A DNA stretch of 64,000 nucleotides. Source: an uncultured delta proteobacterium (GTDB taxonomy: Bacteria > Myxococcota > Kuafuiibacteriia > Kuafuiibacteriales > Kuafuiibacteriaceae). The stretch's first letter is position 1, and every line of letters starts with the position of its first letter. The notes under the pieces are model-generated. The model saw only the letters and a list, made by a program, of their open reading frames with translations. It made no database searches and was not told the DNA's origin. Positions 56,773 through 64,000 of the stretch are shown in pieces. The stretch covers positions 1,028,664 to 1,092,663 of the forward strand of contig CAWDML010000003.1 in the NCBI GenBank assembly GCA_963803435.1. Reading direction: 5' to 3'. The position numbers were made by a program, and so were the translations under genes.

Positions 56773-58119
56773 TCACACGATGCCGAGGCGTCTCGCCTGG
56801 GAGGATGCGAAGCGTTGGTTCGGATCGATCTCCGTCTTCATGCGCCTGAAGTCGGGCAGGCGTGGGTACATGGCGGCGAAGCTCTCGCGGTTGGTGAGGG
56901 CGTCCTTCGCGAGGTAGAGGCGGCCGTCGTACTTGAGCAGGATGCGATCGAGGTCGCGGGCGAGCTCGGGCAGATCCGGGGTGAAGGGGAGGTCGAGCGC
57001 CAGTGTGTGGCCCTCGAACAGGTAGGACAGCGGGCTTCGGTTGGCCGGGCCGCTCGCCTTGAGCACCGAGAGGAACGAGGCTCGCCGGCTCTTCGAGATC
57101 CGCTCGAGGATCGCGACCAACCCGGGGAGGGTCGTACGCGGCGGGAAGAGCACCTGGTACTGGACGAAGCCGCGCTTGCCGTAGATCCGGTTCCAGTGGA
57201 GCACGCGATCGAGCGGATAGTAGAACGAGTCGTAGTCCACCACGCGCTCGTTGTTGCCCTGGACGCCGTAGAACAGCGTGTTGAAGGCGCGCACGCTCCA
57301 CTCGTTCAGCAGGAAGTTGGGGAGCTCGAGCGGCACGCTCGCCTTGAAGCTCGAAGCCAGCCGCAGCGGATCCCTGCGGAGGTGCGGAGGGAGATCCTCG
57401 GCGCGGCCCTCGTTGGAGAGCATCAGCACCGAGCGACCGAGCGATCGCCCGGTGGCCAAGCAGTCGACCCACGCGACGGAGTAGCGATAGTCGTGGTTGG
57501 TCTCGGCGAGGTGGCGCAGCGACTCTTCGAGGTCGTGCGCCTTGATGTAACGGACCGAGAAGTAGGAGGTCTCCACCCGGCGCAGGCGCACCTTGGCGCT
57601 GAGGATGATGCCGGTGAGGCCCATGCCACCGACGGTGATCCAGAACAGCGCGCTGGTCTCGCCCTCGGGTTGGAGACGGAGCACGCGACCGTCGGCGAGC
57701 ATCAGCTCGATCTCGTCCACGTGCGTGCCGAAGGAGCCGTCGACGTGGTGGTTCTTGCCGTGGATATCGGCCGCGATGGCGCCGCCGATGGTGACGTGCT
57801 TGGTCCCGGGCGTCACCGGGACGACCCAGCCGCGCGGAAGCAGATGCTGGATGATCTCCTCGATCGAGACGCCCGCTTCGCACTCGAGCACGCCGGTCTT
57901 CTCGTCGAACGAGAGGAACCGGTTGAACCGCGTCTGCACGATGACGCCGCGTCCGCCGTTGATCGCGGAGTCGCCGTACGCACGCCCTAGGCCCCGCGGG
58001 ATGTAGTCGGCGGAGCGCCCCGAGGTGATCAGGTCGCGGAGCTGATCGAGGGTGTCGGGCCGGCTCACCAGGCACCGCTCGATCGGATGGTTGCCCCATC
58101 CACCGATCAGCTGCTCCAT
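56773..58119 (-). CDS. DprE1-like FAD-dependent polyprenylphosphoryl-ribose 2'-oxidase
   Basis: Start at MEQLIGGWGNH gives 448 aa. Collinear by eye with M. tuberculosis DprE1: GLGRAYGDSAINGG, VTPGTKHVTIGGAIAADIHGKNHH, ALFWITVGGMGLTGII, FYYPLDRVLHWNRIYGKRGFVQYQ, GRLYLAKDALTNRESFAAMYPR. Confidence 0.85.
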   Translation of the reverse strand: MEQLIGGWGNHPIERCLVSRPDTLDQLRDLITSGRSADYIPRGLGRAYGDSAINGGRGVIVQTRFNRFLSFDEKTGVLECEAGVSIEEIIQHLLPRGWVVPVTPGTKHVTIGGAIAADIHGKNHHVDGSFGTHVDEIELMLADGRVLRLQPEGETSALFWITVGGMGLTGIILSAKVRLRRVETSYFSVRYIKAHDLEESLRHLAETNHDYRYSVAWVDCLATGRSLGRSVLMLSNEGRAEDLPPHLRRDPLRLASSFKASVPLELPNFLLNEWSVRAFNTLFYGVQGNNERVVDYDSFYYPLDRVLHWNRIYGKRGFVQYQVLFPPRTTLPGLVAILERISKSRRASFLSVLKASGPANRSPLSYLFEGHTLALDLPFTPDLPELARDLDRILLKYDGRLYLAKDALTNRESFAAMYPRLPDFRRMKTEIDPNQRFASSQARRLGIV

Positions 58120-58130
58120 GAACGCCACGG

Positions 58131-59777
58131 TCACCTCGCCACCGCGGTCGAGCTGGTGCCGGTCTTCTTGCGCTCGAGCACACCCAGGTTGTGCTCGTAG
58201 TCGGCGACCACGACCTCGAAGTTCTCGTCGATGCGCGGCATCGTGCGCCAGTCGAGCATCCCCAGCCAATCCGCGAGGTAGACGATCTGGGTCTCGTCCA
58301 CCACGTAGTCCGCGATCCGGCTCTCCACCAACGCGTTGTACGCGAGTGGGTTCACCTTTCCGTCCAGGTTGATGGTCCGATCGTGAAAATATCCGAGGGT
58401 GCCGGTCTGGATGGCGCCCACCCAGGTGGTGTCGGGGACGTGCTCGTCGACCCATCGCACCACCTGGAAGTGCATGTGGGCCTTGCCCTTGTCGTAGGCG
58501 CGCAGGTGGAGGCCGATCACGACGACCACCACCAGGGCGGGGAGGGCGATCGCCAGGGGTCGGCTGAACTTGAGCAGCCGATGGTGGACGCGGAGGACCA
58601 CCGCGGACCAGGCCAGGGCGATCAACGGCGAGAGCGGAAACATGTAGCGGGAGACGAACCAGTGGGCCCCGAAGAAGAGGCCGTAGAAGACGACCAGGCC
58701 CGCACCGAAGATCGAGGTGAGGACGATCAGCGCCCGCTCGGCCGGCTTGGCGCGCGCCCAGATGAGCAGGAAGAGCGGCGTCAGCAGCACCAAGAAGATC
58801 GAGGTGGCGATCACCGTGGGTGCCTGCAGCTGGAAGGTCTCAGGGATCGGGATCAGCACGCCGGCGTATTCGGTGAGGACCGGCGGCAGGTAGTAGAGGT
58901 TGGAGGCGAACGTACCGGTGAGGCTCTCGGCGCGGCCGCTCACCGGCATGATGTGGCCGAAGTTGAGGTAGTTGTACGCGAGCCAGGGGAGCGCCACCAG
59001 GATCGAGACCGAGCCGAAGACGAGCGCGCGGCGGAAGCGCTTCTCGACGGCGTCGAGGCCGTAGTCGAGCCCGCAGTAGAGGTGGACCAGGCAGGCGGCC
59101 AGGATCAGAAAGACGGCGTCGTTGCGAACCCAGAAGGCCGCCCCGAGCAGCACTCCGACCGCCGCGCACTTCGGATAAGACCAGAGCGTCTCGCGACGGT
59201 GATCCGGCTCGATGAAGGCCATCGCGACCGCAATCGTGACCACGCCATATAGGCCGGTCTCGAGGCAGTTCATCGAGTGCGGCGCCACCAGGGAGCTGGC
59301 GTACCAGGCAGAGGCCGCCAGCAGGCTGATCTCGCGCTTGGTCTGGCGGCGCTGGAAGACCGCGAGGCCGAGCCGGTAGAGGAGGTACGCGGCCAGCCCG
59401 CTCCCGACGAGCTCGACCATCTGTGCGAGAAGTACGCCGATCGTCTTGCTTCCGGCGCTCGCGAGGAAGCACAGCGTCCAGATCAGCGTGACGAGCGGCT
59501 GGGTACCGTTGGTCGCGATCGTCCCGTCGGCGACCGAGAAGCCCTTCCCGATGGCGAGGTTTCTCGCGATCGTGAGCATCAGGTACCCGTCCTCGGTCGG
59601 GTACATCTGGAGCATGCGCCCGCCTTGGTCGAACAGCGGCGCGACCCGAGCGACGAAGCCGATCACGAAGAGCGCGACCACCACGATGCGGAGGCCGAAG
59701 GACAGGCCGGGACGGGCCACGAAGACATTGGAGAACTCGCGCTCCTTCGCCGTCTGCAGCTGGGACTCGCCCGTCAT
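58131..59777 (-). CDS. GT-C-fold polytopic membrane glycosyltransferase (ArnT/PMT/Emb-like)
   Basis: Start at MTGESQLQ (Met59 of the track ORF) gives 548 aa. More than 10 predicted TM helices. The first-loop acidic motif YPTEDGYLMLTIARNL resembles the GT-C D/E motif. C-terminal soluble domain. Confidence 0.7.
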   Translation of the reverse strand: MTGESQLQTAKEREFSNVFVARPGLSFGLRIVVVALFVIGFVARVAPLFDQGGRMLQMYPTEDGYLMLTIARNLAIGKGFSVADGTIATNGTQPLVTLIWTLCFLASAGSKTIGVLLAQMVELVGSGLAAYLLYRLGLAVFQRRQTKREISLLAASAWYASSLVAPHSMNCLETGLYGVVTIAVAMAFIEPDHRRETLWSYPKCAAVGVLLGAAFWVRNDAVFLILAACLVHLYCGLDYGLDAVEKRFRRALVFGSVSILVALPWLAYNYLNFGHIMPVSGRAESLTGTFASNLYYLPPVLTEYAGVLIPIPETFQLQAPTVIATSIFLVLLTPLFLLIWARAKPAERALIVLTSIFGAGLVVFYGLFFGAHWFVSRYMFPLSPLIALAWSAVVLRVHHRLLKFSRPLAIALPALVVVVVIGLHLRAYDKGKAHMHFQVVRWVDEHVPDTTWVGAIQTGTLGYFHDRTINLDGKVNPLAYNALVESRIADYVVDETQIVYLADWLGMLDWRTMPRIDENFEVVVADYEHNLGVLERKKTGTSSTAVAR

Positions 59778-59815
59778 CGCAGCTCCGCGGTCGTACACAT
59801 CGTCCGTCCCCGGGG

Positions 59816-61023
59816 TCAAGGCGACCCGGTCAACCGTGCAAGGAGAGGCTCCACCGCGCGGTCGACATCGAACTCCCTTTCCACACGCGCACGGCCGGCA
59901 TGGGCCATGCGGCGTGCGAGCTCCGGGTCGGCGGCCAGCTCGAGCATCCAATCGGTGAGCTCAGGCCAGTTGCCGGGGGCGAACAGGAGACCGGTCTCAC
60001 GGTGAATCACCAGCTCCGGGATCCCGGCGACGCACGGGGCGATCACCGGCAGCTCGAGCGCCAGCGCCTCCATCAGCACGACCGGGAGGCCCTCCATGAA
60101 GCTCGTCATCACGAATAAATCCGCGCCGGCCATCTCCTCCAGGACCTTCTCCTCCGCGAGACGCCCCGGCATCGACACGCGCGGTCCCATTCCGCGCGCC
60201 TCGATCTGGCGGCGGACGATGTCGAGGTCCGGGCCGTCGCCGACCAGGCGGAGCTCGGCGTCGAGGCCGCGCTCGACCGCCGAAGCGAACGCATCAATCA
60301 GACCGACGTGACCCTTCTCGGGCGAGATGCGCCCGACGGTGAGGATCCGGAGGCGGCCGCCCGGCGGGCGCACGCGCTTCTCCGGCAGGCGCGACAGAAT
60401 CGACCCCGCAGCGGGAGACGAACAGCTTGGACCAGTGCGCCGGGTTCGAGGTGCGAAACGCTTGAGCCCGCCCGAAGTGGGTGACGCACGCGACGAAGCG
60501 AGCGTGCGCGATCTTGTCGGCGAGCAGGAGCCCGCTCGGATAGTCGAAGCAGGAGATGCCGTGGAGGGTGAGGCTCCAGTCGAGGTCGAGGTAGCGGCTG
60601 GCGAGATAGCCGACAATCGCGGCCGCGTTGGCGAAGTGGTTGTGGAGGTGATCGATGTCCTTCGCCTCCAGCTCGGCCGCCAGAGATCATCGCCTCCTGG
60701 AAGTAGAACAGCGACCAGAGCTGACCGCGGACGCCGGGGACCCGGTGGGTGAGGGCGTCCTTGAGCGTGCGCAGGTACCGGAGCGGTCTCTTGACGAAGG
60801 CGCTGGTGTTGGCCTCGATCAGCTGGAGCAGCTGGGGACGCAGGATGTAGAAGGTCTCGCCGACGTCCTTCGCGTCGCGCTCGGAGAGCACGTTGTCGTC
60901 GACCGGCCGGCGTACGCTGAACGTGTGGACCTCGACGCCGCGCCGCCGGAGCGCGTCGATCTCGCGCCGGATGAAGGTGTGCGAGGGAGCGGGGTACTCG
61001 CTGACCAGGCAGGCGATCCGCAT
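59816..61023 (-). pseudogene. GT4-family glycosyltransferase with two +1 frameshifts
   Basis: Three frames assemble into one GT4. Segment 1: MRIACLVSEYPAPSHTFIRREI...LFYFQEAMI. Segment 2: LAAELEAKDIDHLHNHFANAAAIVGYLASRYLDLDWSLTLHG...VSRCGVD. Segment 3: LSRLPEKRV...LRILTVGRISPEKGH...FVMTSFMEGLPVVLMEALA..PVIA. Extra bases at about 60684 and 60398. Confidence 0.8.
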
Positions 61024-61027
61024 CGAT

Positions 61028-61777
61028 TCAGAGCTTGAGCCGCTTGAAGATCGACTCGGGGATCGAGCGGATCGTCGTCATGATGCCCCGCCAGAACCAG
61101 GGCGTGTACACGATGTCGCGCTTGGCGCGGATCGCCCGATCGATGGCGCGCGCGACGGTCTCTGGGGAGGCGACCAGCGGCGAGCCCGGGTCGAGCAGGC
61201 CCTGGGTCATCGGCGTGTCGACGAAGCCCGGTCGGACCTCGAGCACATGGACGCCGCTCTTGTGAAGTCGGTTGCGAAGCCCGCCGAGATACGCGGACAG
61301 CCCCGCCTTGGACGCGCCGTAGGTGTAGTTGCTCTGCCGTCCGCGGTCGCCGGCCACCGAGGAGATCGCCGCGATCCATCCGGCGCCGCGCGACTCCATC
61401 TCGGTCGCCACGAGGCTGAGGATCGAGACCGCCGAGGTGAAGTTGACGTCGAGCGTCCGGCGCGCCGCGGTGAAGTCTCTCTCGGTCGTCGCCTGATCCG
61501 CCATGTAGCCGTAGGCCAGCACCACGCCGTCGAAGGGGCCGCCGGCCGCCGCCTGCGCGCGCCGGTAGAAGGCCTCGTGCCCGTCGAAGTCGAGGGCTTC
61601 GAACGGCTCCACCTGGACGCGGGCGCGGGTTCGAATCGCCAGATCGGCGGCGTCCCGCTCGAGCTCGTCCGCGCGCCGTCCGGCGAGGACCAGATCGACC
61701 CCGCGCTCGGCCATGACGTGCCCGAGCGCGCGCGCGATCCCGCTGGTCGCGCCGAGCATCAACACCCTCTCGGTCAT
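61028..61777 (-). CDS. DprE2-like short-chain dehydrogenase (polyprenylphospho-2-keto-pentose reductase)
   Basis: Start at MTERVLMLGATSGIA gives 249 aa. Motifs SSVAGDRGRQSNYTYGASKAGL and RPGFVDTPM. The C-terminus WFWRGIMTTIRSIPESIFKRLKL mirrors the DprE2 C-terminus ...VLRHIPRSIFRKLPI. Confidence 0.8.
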   Translation of the reverse strand: MTERVLMLGATSGIARALGHVMAERGVDLVLAGRRADELERDAADLAIRTRARVQVEPFEALDFDGHEAFYRRAQAAAGGPFDGVVLAYGYMADQATTERDFTAARRTLDVNFTSAVSILSLVATEMESRGAGWIAAISSVAGDRGRQSNYTYGASKAGLSAYLGGLRNRLHKSGVHVLEVRPGFVDTPMTQGLLDPGSPLVASPETVARAIDRAIRAKRDIVYTPWFWRGIMTTIRSIPESIFKRLKL

Positions 61778-61802
61778 CGCGTCGAGAGAACCTCGCCGCG
61801 CG

Positions 61803-62993
61803 TTATTTCTCAAGCCGCTCCACGATCGCTCTTGCAGTTTCCCGCGCACCCTCGGCGTTCAGGTGGGGGTCGTGGTTGAAGTAGTGGTCGGCCCGGGTGA
61901 GGCGGGCGTGCAGATCGAGGGTGTCGACGCCCGCCGCCTCGAGGCGCTCGATGAACTCGCGCGTCGGCGCGGCGTAGGTCTCGGGCGCGGCCTCGCCCTT
62001 CATCGGGATCACGACCACGGTGAAGGTCGCCCCGCGTGACTCGGCGACCGCCTTCATGCGCAGGGTGGCGGCCAGCGCCAGCTCGATGCCCTCCTCACGA
62101 TAGTTCTCGAGCGGTCCGATCACACGGTCCCGATCGGGCTCCACCAGCCGCCCGAGCAGCACGCGTACCCCGACGAGAGACAGCACCTTGCGGAGGGTGG
62201 TGTCGTCCTCCTTGGCCTCGACGTGCTCGCGGTAGTCCTCTTCGGTGTACGCCGTCCCGTCCGGTCGTGCCACGGGGACCAGGTACCCCTCGTAGACCTG
62301 GTAGTTGCCGAAGCGGGCGTCGTCGCGCAGGTCGTTGCCGTTGAAGATGTAGATGACGTCGTGCGCAGGGAGGTCTCGGGTCGCCTCGAGCTTTGCGACC
62401 GTCTCTCCGGGGCCGAACCCGAGCACGCCCAGGTCGTAAGCATCGATGCGACCTTTGGTGAGCGACTCAATCGACGCGTCGATGGTGTCGTGCTGCGGCA
62501 GACCGTAGCCGAACGCGACCGAGTCTCCAATCAGGAGGACCCGCCGGTCCGGGTTCGGCGCGGGTTCGGCGTCACGGTCGCCCCGGCTGTTGATCTCGAT
62601 GTCGGCCGTGACCACCCCGTCCTGAAAGACGCCGGTCCAGTAGGGCGTCAGGTTGAAGCCCCACGGGGTCTCGACGACGCTTCCCCGGAGCGTGATGACC
62701 GGATCGATCCGGGCCTCGTAGGGCGTCACGACCAGCAGCCCGACCTCGACCAGGAGCAGCGAGAAGTACGCGGCGCCGAAGAGCAAGATGAGTTGACGCG
62801 TCATCCGCGCCAGCGTGCCGTCCTGCGGAAGAACGCCGACGGCGATCACCCCGGCGCCGAGGAACAGCATGAGCTGCTGGAGGGCACCGAAACCCTTCTC
62901 CCCCCACCCGGCGAGCTCGGCGATGCTCGTGATCGCGAGCAGCAAGACGCCGACCGCGAGCGCCGTGTTCTGGTAGGTGGATCGGCGTACCAA
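61803..62993 (-). CDS. membrane-anchored SGNH/GDSL-family hydrolase or acyltransferase (AlgX/DltD-like context)
   Basis: 396 aa. Three N-terminal hydrophobic helices, then VLLIGDSVAFGYGL (block I GDS), IYIFNGNDL (block III), and a late DPHLN (block V DxxH). Confidence 0.7.
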   Translation of the reverse strand: MVRRSTYQNTALAVGVLLLAITSIAELAGWGEKGFGALQQLMLFLGAGVIAVGVLPQDGTLARMTRQLILLFGAAYFSLLLVEVGLLVVTPYEARIDPVITLRGSVVETPWGFNLTPYWTGVFQDGVVTADIEINSRGDRDAEPAPNPDRRVLLIGDSVAFGYGLPQHDTIDASIESLTKGRIDAYDLGVLGFGPGETVAKLEATRDLPAHDVIYIFNGNDLRDDARFGNYQVYEGYLVPVARPDGTAYTEEDYREHVEAKEDDTTLRKVLSLVGVRVLLGRLVEPDRDRVIGPLENYREEGIELALAATLRMKAVAESRGATFTVVVIPMKGEAAPETYAAPTREFIERLEAAGVDTLDLHARLTRADHYFNHDPHLNAEGARETARAIVERLEK

Positions 62994-63048
62994 GGCGCGT
63001 CCTTGACCCCGGATCCTGATGGAGATACGTCATTCTGGGCAACCGTCG

Positions 63049-64000
63049 ATGTCCGAGCCCGCCATCGAGTCTGCGAACGCTCGTCCACTCTGCCTCGATC
63101 TGGACGGAACGCTGATCGCAACCGATGCGTTGTGGGAGTCGCTCCTTCTCCTGATCAAGCATCGTCCGTTCAGTGTGCTGCTCCTGCCGTTCTGGCTGAT
63201 CCGTGGGCGGGCCCATCTGAAGCGAAAGATCGCGGACCGCGTGGTGCCGAATCCGGCCGCGCTCCCCTATCGCCCCGAGGTGATCGCGTACGTCGAGAAG
63301 GCCAAGGCCGAGGGTCGTGCAGTCTACCTGGTGACGGCCTCGGACCAACGGATCGCGAACGGCATCGCTCAGCATCTCGGTCTGTTCGACGAGGTGATCG
63401 GAAGCGACGGTGAGACGAACCTCAAGGCCGAGAAGAAGGCGGCCTTTCTCGAGTCGCGCTTCGGCGCCAAGGGCTACGACTACGCCGGCGACTCGGCGGC
63501 CGACGTGGTGCTCTTCGCGTCGGCGGCCCGTGCGATCCTGGTCTCGGCCAGCGAGAGGACGACCGCGCGCGCGCGCGCCTGCGCCGAGGTCGAGGAGCTG
63601 GTCCCGCGGGACTCCGCGAAGCTGCGGTGGATCATCAAGGCGATCCGGCCGCACCAGTGGATGAAGAACTCCCTGCTGTTCGTGGCTGCGATCCTGGCCC
63701 ACAAGTACACCGACCTCGAGGTGATGGGCCACGCGATCGCGGGGTTCGTCGCGTTCAGCCTGACGGCGTCGTCGGTGTACGTGCTCAACGACCTGCTCGA
63801 CCTGGAGTCCGATCGGCAGCACCGGACCAAGAAGAACCGCCCGTTTGCCGCGGGCAAGCTGTCGATCCCGCTGGGGCTGCTGCTCTCGCCCGCGATCGCC
63901 CTGGCCGGAATCGGCGTCGCGCTCCTGTTCACGCCGCTGCTGTTCACCGCGGTGCTCGGTGGCTACCTGGCGCTGACCACGGCCTACTCGGTCTATCTCA
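63049..64000 (+). CDS. HAD-phosphatase domain fused to a UbiA-family polyprenyl-phosphate phosphoribosyltransferase (3'-partial, runs off the window)
   Basis: Not in the ORF track because it has no stop in the window; I translated it by hand from ATG 63049. MSEPAIESANARPLCLDLDGTLIATD (HAD motif I DxDGT), TASDQ, GDSAADV, then IRPHQWMKNSLLF and NDLLDLESDRQHRTKKNRPFAAGKLS (UbiA Asp-rich motif as in decaprenyl-phosphate PRPP transferase). Confidence 0.8.
   Translation, partial: MSEPAIESANARPLCLDLDGTLIATDALWESLLLLIKHRPFSVLLLPFWLIRGRAHLKRKIADRVVPNPAALPYRPEVIAYVEKAKAEGRAVYLVTASDQRIANGIAQHLGLFDEVIGSDGETNLKAEKKAAFLESRFGAKGYDYAGDSAADVVLFASAARAILVSASERTTARARACAEVEELVPRDSAKLRWIIKAIRPHQWMKNSLLFVAAILAHKYTDLEVMGHAIAGFVAFSLTASSVYVLNDLLDLESDRQHRTKKNRPFAAGKLSIPLGLLLSPAIALAGIGVALLFTPLLFTAVLGGYLALTTAYSVYL

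Noticed and set aside
55686-56849. 387-aa plus-strand ORF running from the IS1182-like transposase through the hexamer tract into the SMR-like gene region
   Set aside because: Only the first ~85 residues are transposase-like. The rest is out-of-frame read-through past the IS end and antisense to real genes.
14086-62993. A distributed Dlt-like D-alanylation or acylation system (ligase and carrier at 14-15.8 kb, MBOAT at 26.9 kb, SGNH at 61.8 kb)
   Set aside because: All four component types are present, but they are separated by 11-35 kb and embedded in different operons. The ligase and carrier are coupled to a UbiD enzyme instead. The idea is kept only as an alternative hypothesis in the cassette finding.

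Overview
Very GC-rich chromosomal DNA with a strong G/C bias at third codon positions. This bias produces many long antisense 'shadow' ORFs in the six-frame track, which I rejected. The gene content suggests a Myxococcota-type genome (inference, not verified): an MJ0042-type zinc-ribbon/TPR protein, a DUF1552/DUF1592 pair, many lipobox lipoproteins, and a short OPX protein followed by a separate beta-barrel.

Layout:
- 0.8-2.3 kb: thiE-thiG-thiS.
- 2.3-5.8 kb: zinc-ribbon/TPR membrane protein.
- 5.9-6.7 kb: PspA-like gene and tRNA-Arg(ACG).
- 7.0-12.7 kb: a PEGA-like lipoprotein plus two tandem paralogous CXXCH/double-propeller lipoproteins.
- 12.7-15.8 kb: a translationally coupled carrier protein / adenylate-forming ligase / UbiD-decarboxylase cassette.
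- 15.8-23.6 kb: envelope proteins, a Wzx-like flippase and the DUF1552/DUF1592 pair.
- 23.6-25.0 kb: aspartokinase.
- 26.9-38.6 kb: an exopolysaccharide locus (MBOAT, CMD-family protein, deacetylase, short OPX, beta-barrel, FHA-fused PCP, priming transferase, three glycosyltransferases).
- 38.7-39.1 kb: IS debris.
- 39.3-50.1 kb: one unbroken minus-strand block, phoU-pstBACS-phoR-phoB plus a lipoprotein, an 8x Big_2/P-domain lipoprotein and an OM beta-barrel.
- 50.2-56.4 kb: a nest of decayed mobile elements. It holds an IS630 remnant and an IS1182-like element that carries a four-helix-bundle gene and is split by a 3.4-kb Mu/Tn552-like transposon with a clean 5-bp target duplication.
- 56.4-64.0 kb: a DprE1/DprE2/UbiA-type polyprenyl-phospho-pentose (arabinofuranose-like) donor pathway with a GT-C transferase.

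Seven single-base (+1) frameshifts interrupt otherwise well-conserved genes: the MBOAT (two), the CMD-family gene, a GT2, pstC and a GT4 (two). All family assignments come from motif recognition by eye; no database search was possible.
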